Of a DNA stretch of 11,382 nt, positions 1 through 6,400 are shown piece after piece (position 1 is the stretch's first letter; each line of letters begins with the position of its first letter). Where the stretch lies: positions 1-11,382 of the forward strand of contig DAOWGI010000101.1 of NCBI GenBank assembly GCA_030637655.1, given 5' to 3'. The translations under genes and the position numbers were made by a program. The notes under the pieces are model-generated. The model saw nothing but the letters and a program-made list of their open reading frames with translations. It made no database searches and was not told where the DNA came from. The DNA is from a candidate division FCPU426 bacterium. Lineage in GTDB: Bacteria; Oederibacteriota; JAAXVQ01; JAUVAV01.

Positions 1-11
1 CTGGCCGGTCA

Positions 12-36
12 GGGCGACCGCAAGGGTCGCCCCTAC
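12..36 (-). repeat. GTAG-family REP palindrome, copy 1
   Basis: Reverse complement reads GTAG-GGGCGACCCTTGCGGTCGCCC. Stem gggcgacc (12-19) pairs with ggtcgccc (25-32). A GTAG tetranucleotide at the foot of a GC hairpin is the classic REP layout. Confidence 0.85.
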
Positions 37-59
37 GCCAACGTATACACAAAATGTTT

Positions 60-85
60 GTAGGGGCACCCCTTGCGGGTGCCTG
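60..85 (+). repeat. GTAG-family REP palindrome, copy 2 (inverted relative to copy 1)
   Basis: GTAG-GGGCACCCCTTGCGGGTGCC. Stem ggcaccc (65-71) pairs with gggtgcc (77-83). Same CTTGC loop as copy 1, with compensatory stem changes. Confidence 0.85.
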
Positions 86-91
86 TTTGCC

Positions 92-190
92 TGTCATTCC
101 CGCAGGCTTTAAGCGGGAATCCAGAGGCTTTGATTTTTTAAAGGCTTTAAAAAGTCACTGGATACCCGATAAAATCATTCGGGTATGACA
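92..190. repeat. Inverted pair of TGTC/CGTC-type REP (dRS3-like) palindromes
   Basis: 92-124 is tgtc-attcccgc-N9-gcgggaat-ccag. 158-190 reverse-complements to tgtc-atacccga-N9-tcgggtat-ccag. Both are 33 nt, each is its own hairpin, and the stems co-vary. Confidence 0.85.
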
Positions 191-208
191 ATCTTTTTAG
201 AAAGTAGC

Positions 209-227
209 CTTTCCGCAACAGATACTA
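209..227. mobile_element. Possible isolated IS/MITE terminal inverted repeat
   Basis: ctttccgcaacagatacta (reverse complement TAGTATCTGTTGCGGAAAG) resembles CTGTTGC-type IS ends. No partner end is visible in the window. Confidence 0.25.
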
Positions 228-275
228 TTTAGTACCATAACTGATAGCTTACGCCGCAAAGAACGCAAAAACATC

Positions 276-345
276 TTTTTGACAGGATAACAGGATTGAC
301 AGAATTTATTTAAAATCCCGTATATCTTGTTGATCCTGTCAAAAA
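276..345. repeat. Long imperfect hairpin built of ACAGGAT subunits; possible terminator/stabiliser downstream of the giant gene
   Basis: tttttgacaggat (276-288) pairs perfectly with atcctgtcaaaaa (333-345). Each arm contains three ACAGGAT-like units. Confidence 0.75.
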
Positions 346-347
346 TC

Positions 348-444
348 TTTGGTTCCGGTTTGTCCGGGTTATGCATAAAAAAAATTTAATCGGCGTTTAT
401 CAGCGTGTATCGGCGGTTAATTTTGGTTCTGATTTATCCGGATT
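348..444 (+). repeat. Degenerate 23-bp direct repeat (348-370 and 422-444)
   Basis: tttggttccggtttgtccgggtt vs tttggttctgatttatccggatt: 19/23 identical, all four differences are transitions. Confidence 0.65.
389..420. repeat. Three tandem 10-bp units (ATC[GA]GCG...) ending GCGGTTAA
   Basis: atcggcgttt / atcagcgtgt / atcggcggtt, followed by aa. Confidence 0.7.
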
Positions 445-486
445 CGGTTTTTTTCGCTTCACTGATATGTTACATAACTATGCTCT

Positions 487-3400
487 TCAGGCGGCATTCA
501 AGGGTGAGGCCCTTAAAGGTTTCCAGAATAATTTTCTTCTTAACTTATCAATCCGGAAAGGCAGTGTTCGTAAAAAGTCCACAATCGCGCCTTGTTTCTT
601 TGCCCGCAGCAGCCATTCCCGCGGCATAACCAATTCTCCGGCTTGCTTACTGCCGAACAGCGCCTGCCGGCCATTCCAGACGGCAACCGGCTGCGATCGC
701 ACCCACTTCATTTTTTTCAGTAATTCAGAGCAATACACCAATTCGGTTATCCGCTGTTCGGTTTCCTTGGCTGAGGCTATGAATTTCCACATGCCCTCTG
801 TAAATTCCCGCGCTGATCGGGTAAATGATCCGGATTCAGACGAATCCGCATTGGATAAAGCCTTGGCCAAATTGGACTGCTTTGCCAGCCCTGGCAACTC
901 ACGGTGCAGTTCCTTCTGGATACGGTATAAATAGCCGGCCGGATTAAGCTCATGCGTCAAACGATGAATTTGGTTTTGTATAAAACCGGGCTGCGCTTGA
1001 CTCCACTTCCAAAACGCCTCACTTATCTGTCCTTGGATCTGCTGTTCCAAGGTCTGCTCATAATACTCCGCGCTGCGATAACGCAGGATTTGCACTGCCA
1101 GCATATACGCAATTTTTTGCCGCCAGACCAAGAAGGGATGAGCCGGTCCTGCGGGTAAGGCCAACGCTTGTGCCAGCGGCCGATATAAATCAAGCGCAGG
1201 GTACTGCCCCGGAACCGAGGAGTAGCGGCCAAAAATAATTTGCGATAGTGGCGCAGGATAGGTGAAAAAACCGCCGGCTATCCGGGAGGGATTAAAAGTC
1301 CTGGATTCCAATTCATCCGGAAAATAGCGGCGTTTTAAATCAGCTAATATTTTTTTAACCGCACCATCATCCACAATATTGCCGGAACGCAATTCAGGCA
1401 CAGCCCGGGCCACTCCCTGCAAAAACAGAAAAGCGCAAGCTAGAATGAATATTACTCCCTGGCGGGGTGCGCGCCAGATTTGAAACAAGCGGATCGATTT
1501 TTTCAACAACGGCTGATTGAAGCGGATGTTGCCTCCGGGTTCACGCTCTTTATCCCTCCGCATTTCCTCTGCCAGACCAGAATGTGATTGTTCAGTCCCC
1601 TTAAGCTCCTTTTCTTGCTTGTATTCACCAGCCAGACCGTCACTCAAGGAGGATGTTTTTTGGGTTTTTAGCCGAGTGAAGCGCAGGGACGCCAAATGCC
1701 CAAGCTCAGATAAATAATAAACCAGCGGCAGGATGGGATTGAGATAAATCGAGCGGTCGGTCAAACCGGCTACCCGCATCCGTTCCTGGGCCACCACGTG
1801 CGGCAGCAGCAGGGCGCGCAGAAAAAGGTTGATCGTTTGCAAGCTGCCCAGATACGCCCTTTGGAACCACGTTGTACCTAACTGCCAGGCAATATCCTGC
1901 ACCAGCCATTGGGCGAAAAAGATTTTATCTTCTTCTGTCTTGGCAAAGCATTGGTCAGTCTCTATCAACTTGGTAAAATCAACCGGACGGTCAAATTGCA
2001 GGCTTATACGGTTTTTAAAATCCTCATTATCTATCAAGTATTTACTAACAGATCCTGCCCGAAGTATCCTGGCATAATTCACGGCCACCCAGCCGGGCAA
2101 CCAGCGGCTGTTGTATACTACTGCTCCGGTTCCAAAGATTGCCATCCAGATTTGCGCGAACCAGCCCGCATCCAAGCCTCCAAAAGCAAAGACGGTAATC
2201 ACAAACAGTGCGCTCCATCCCAAAGTTGCCCAGCGGTTGGTGTTCAGGTCAAAGCGCTTCCCCTTGTCTTCCTGGTCTTTGGCCGAACTTTGGGGGGCTA
2301 TTGGTTTGAATTCTTTCGTGATCTTAGATCCCAACAGATCGTCCAGAATTTTTTTCGCAGCAACGGGGTCCTTGGGAGCAGTGCTATCCATCAAGGCGGC
2401 CGCCAACCTTTGAATGGCTTCTGTGGGTATTTGGGATTTCAGTTCTGAGGTGCACAGCACACCACCCGCGCGTATACCTAAGTATTGCTTGACATCTAGG
2501 TTTTCGCCTCCCATGGCTTTGAAAAGAGCTTTTGTGGTTTTATCCACCTGGCGGATCATATTATTGTATTCTTCTGCCGGGCGTTCTATGCCCTCCATCC
2601 AATAAAATTGGGAGTCATAATCCACCAGGGCGCTTAATTCAATATAGAAATCAAGTATCTCCTGGTGCAGCTGTTCCTGGGTATAAGATCCCTGCTGCAT
2701 ATTCCGTACGGCGTCCTTCATCTCCTGGTAGGCCATGCCCAAAGTCGCATACAACGTGGGCATGCGATTCTTATGCTTCGAGTAAAATACGTATATATTA
2801 TTCAATGCCTTTCCAACTTTTTTCAACTGGGCCTGGATATTTTCGACGCTCAGTGCGGTCTCTCCGGATTCTTCGGATTTTTGCACCTCGGTTTTATATA
2901 TTTGCAGACTTTTCCCCAGACTGTTTAAATGCCCGTTGCAAAGTGTCATCACCCGCTTATTCGCCGCGCTAAGCATCGAAGCATGCCGGATCACTTGATT
3001 GGAAATCTCATTATAAAAGCCGTGATTAAGCATGGCTACTCCTGACATATCAGTAATTCTATGGTATGCGGCCATGCCGTTGAGATATGTCCTCACCAAT
3101 TCTTCATAGCGTTCCAGACGTCCCATCAAGATATTAACCTGTTTCGGAGTCATGAGCTTGGGTTCTTTGCTAATTTTCTCTATTATTTTAAAGAAGTCCT
3201 TCAGCACAGGAGTATAATCAACCTTAGTCCAGGCCACTGCCCGGGGTTTAATCTTCATCCTCTTAGCCTCTTGCTGAGCCTGCTTGCGCATATTTTTGAG
3301 CAGGTTGAACAGCTCATAGTATTTGGTCATTCTCTCGCTATCCTGTAAGGCTCGGGTCAGTTTATGACCCTTGAGGCGTTCCAGCTCGGTTTCTGCCAAA

Positions 3401-6400
3401 GAACTAAGTTCCTGAGTGAAAACACGGGCCACTTCCTCGGCAGCCGTTCTTTCGGCAGCTTTTTTCGCAATCCTTTCATCTTCAGCTTTTTGCCGCTCTG
3501 TTTTAGCCGGCCGGTCTCCTGTTTCTTCCTCTTCTGCCGGCCTAGGCGGACGAGCCTTAGACCAGGCTGCCTGTTGTTGGCGCAGCTCGGGATCCGAGAT
3601 CAGCCATTTTGCTTCATCCGGCGCCACGCTGGCAGGCGAAAAGACCAGCGGAAGATTCCATTCTGCCAGACCTAAATCGCCATCTCTCAATGCCTTTCTG
3701 ACATCTTCAACTGTAAGCAGCAGCCCTGCTTCTTTGTTTTTCATGCGCTGGATAAATGGCTTGGTTTGCACCTTAAGCACTAAGCTTTTTTTTCCGCTAA
3801 AGCTGAAAGGCGATTTTGAATCCACTACAATCTCACTGTACCTTTCCCATGTCTCAGGCTCTCTGACTTCCCCGTTTAATCTTATTTCATTCCAGAGTAA
3901 TCCGTTATTAGCCTCGCGCAGTTTCTCCTTCCGCTCTGATTCCTGGGCAGAGAATCCGAGTATTTCCAGCACCTCAGCTTGCTCTGGTGTGGCTGCCAGG
4001 ACCTGCATGTGAATCCGCAATCCGGCGCTTGCCGCCACTTTCTGCATCCCCGACAGATACTCTAGAATTTCATCCTCATCTGTCTCAGGAATTAATTGAT
4101 TCTCAACCATCAGTATGCCGTGCTTGTATGCTTCCAGCCACTCGGTCAGCCCATCCTGCGCCTCCGAGCCAAGCGCACGCGCTGCCAAGCCCATCTGTTC
4201 AGTGGTCAATATATGCATGCGGGCCCGCTCCCGTTTGCCCAATCCGCGCAGATAGGCATGCTCCTCAATTCCCTCGCCCAGCTCATGAAACAAAGCCGCC
4301 CGGCGCACGCGGGCCGGCGCATAGCGCATAAGATTTTGGTCAACCGCCACAACACGATCCCAGCTAAATCCTGGCAAAAACGCATCAGCCGGACCGCTTA
4401 CTACAATGACATCTTCTATTACATACATGCCCGGGAAATTCTTTTGCAAATCAATATTCATATCAATCTGCGGCATTATTGCGCGTGCCCGGGCGTTGAT
4501 TTCCTCTATGACTTCTTGATCCTTATCTTCCAGACCGCCTGTTTTTGCTATTGCTTTGAATAATTCCAGATCGTTTTTTAAATCAGCTGCCATTTGCTCA
4601 GAAAGCGGCGCCAAGGTGACTTCAAATTCCCATTCAACAGATTCATCCACCACACCCTTGCTGGTATAAGGATTAGCCGGCACCCGAACCCGGTTGGGAC
4701 CAATGGGCTGGACATCCCGGATGGCATGGCGTCCCATGGCCCCGCCACTCTTTAAATCGTCCATTATTTCATTCGGAATCCCCGCTCTTTCTTCTACATC
4801 TCCTTTCAAATCGCCAGGCAAGTCTCCGGGCGCCCTTTGTTCTCCAAGCTCTAATATCAGACTGCCGTCACCCTCTTCTATCGCGCCTTGCATACTCATA
4901 AAACCGTGTATTTTTTTCCAATTTTCCTCATTTAAAATATCCGGTATTTTTTTAGTAAAACGTAATTTATTAATACTGGTTTCTTTATAAAGCAATCCCG
5001 GAGCAGTTATCAATTTCACTATCAAATCAAAAGCCGGTTTAATATATTCGCCATCCTGATAGGCTTTATGAATCATAAACCTAAATTGAACAGTATCCGA
5101 ATTTTCACTTTCCCGCTGGACAAGCGCAAGTCCGATATTATCCCCGTTTTTATTTCTAATAGATAAGAGATGTTCTTCAGTTCGGTGATCCTTGATTTTA
5201 AACGCGGTTAATTCAATATTTTTATAGTTGAATTGGTTAAAAATAGTTTTTATCAAATTCTTATAAAATCTAAAATGCACGCCTTCTTTCCGAAGTGTGA
5301 GATCATCCTTTTCCAATGCCTCTTTCATATCACCGATTATTTGTATTGCTTTTTGATATTGATGTTTTAAGATCCGGACCGTAATCCCGGATTTTTCCGA
5401 AGTTAATTTCTGCGGCACTTTTACGTTTTTGAAAACCGAATATTCAGGAATGTCGAAAGATTTCAAGTCATAGAAATATCCTTCACCTGTTTCTTGATAG
5501 CCAATTTTCGTTAACAATTCTATTATTTCTTCAACACGGGCATCATACGCATCAAAAGTGTTTTTAAAAAATAAAAGTTTATTGATTTCGCTGGTTCTGA
5601 AAAGCTTCCGGCTGGTTGCCATATGCATAATCATGTATAATATTTGTTCCTCATAGCCTCTCCCACTGAAATCCAGGTATTTTTCCGGTTTGGAATACAT
5701 AACAAACCTGAAGTCAGCCAGTTGCGGGTCTTCCGGTTCCCAATTGATTGTTCCCTGACCGATACTACCGGTTGAATCATATTTATCATCCGGTTTCTTA
5801 TTTTCAATCGAAAAGACATAACCCTGGCGATCTGTGGGGTAATCAAATATTCGTTTGAAACAGGTTATGTGCAAATTGTTCCAACTGAATTGTTGGGCTG
5901 CATTTTCCTCCACATTATCCAGCAACCTTAATTCCCGATTGTATTGGTTGACCAGCCGATAACCCAGCCTTTCCTGCGTGCTATCCAGTTCTTTTAGCGA
6001 ACCCATAATCTCGTACCAATCGCGAATCTCTTTATATTCCACCTTGTCCGGCGCTTTTTCCCCCTTATCTTTTTCTACCCTGCTCCCGTTTTCCTTGCTG
6101 CTGACCATCGCCAGTCTAGGAAAAAGAAGATTGTCGCCAATTCTTTGCACCCAGCGGATTTCATATTGGGAAAAATAATTGATCACTGTCACGGTCAGGA
6201 TAAGCAAAGTAATCATGAGCAAGCCCGGTGCCATGCCCACGCTTCCCCGGATCATTGATCTGACAATGCCCAGGCTCATCACGCCTGCTATGAGTAAATG
6301 AAATGCCGGTTTAATTTTGCCCTGTGCTGGTTGCAGGAAGGCTTTATTAAAGGCTTGTTTGATTTTGTCAAAGTTCATGCCCGGCGCATGTCTGAGATAT

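Noticed and set aside
235-374. Integron attC site (CCATAAC at 235-241 ... GTTATGC at 368-374)
   Set aside because: The outer boxes are roughly complementary, but no convincing L''/L' pairing lies next to them, and no cassette array or integrase is visible.
6095-6125. PRLAM (and GGAMG at ~4730-4750, KAMGG at ~2505-2525) as recurring cleavage/junction motifs in the giant protein
   Set aside because: They lie near apparent module boundaries but are too short and dissimilar to distinguish from chance without homolog alignments.
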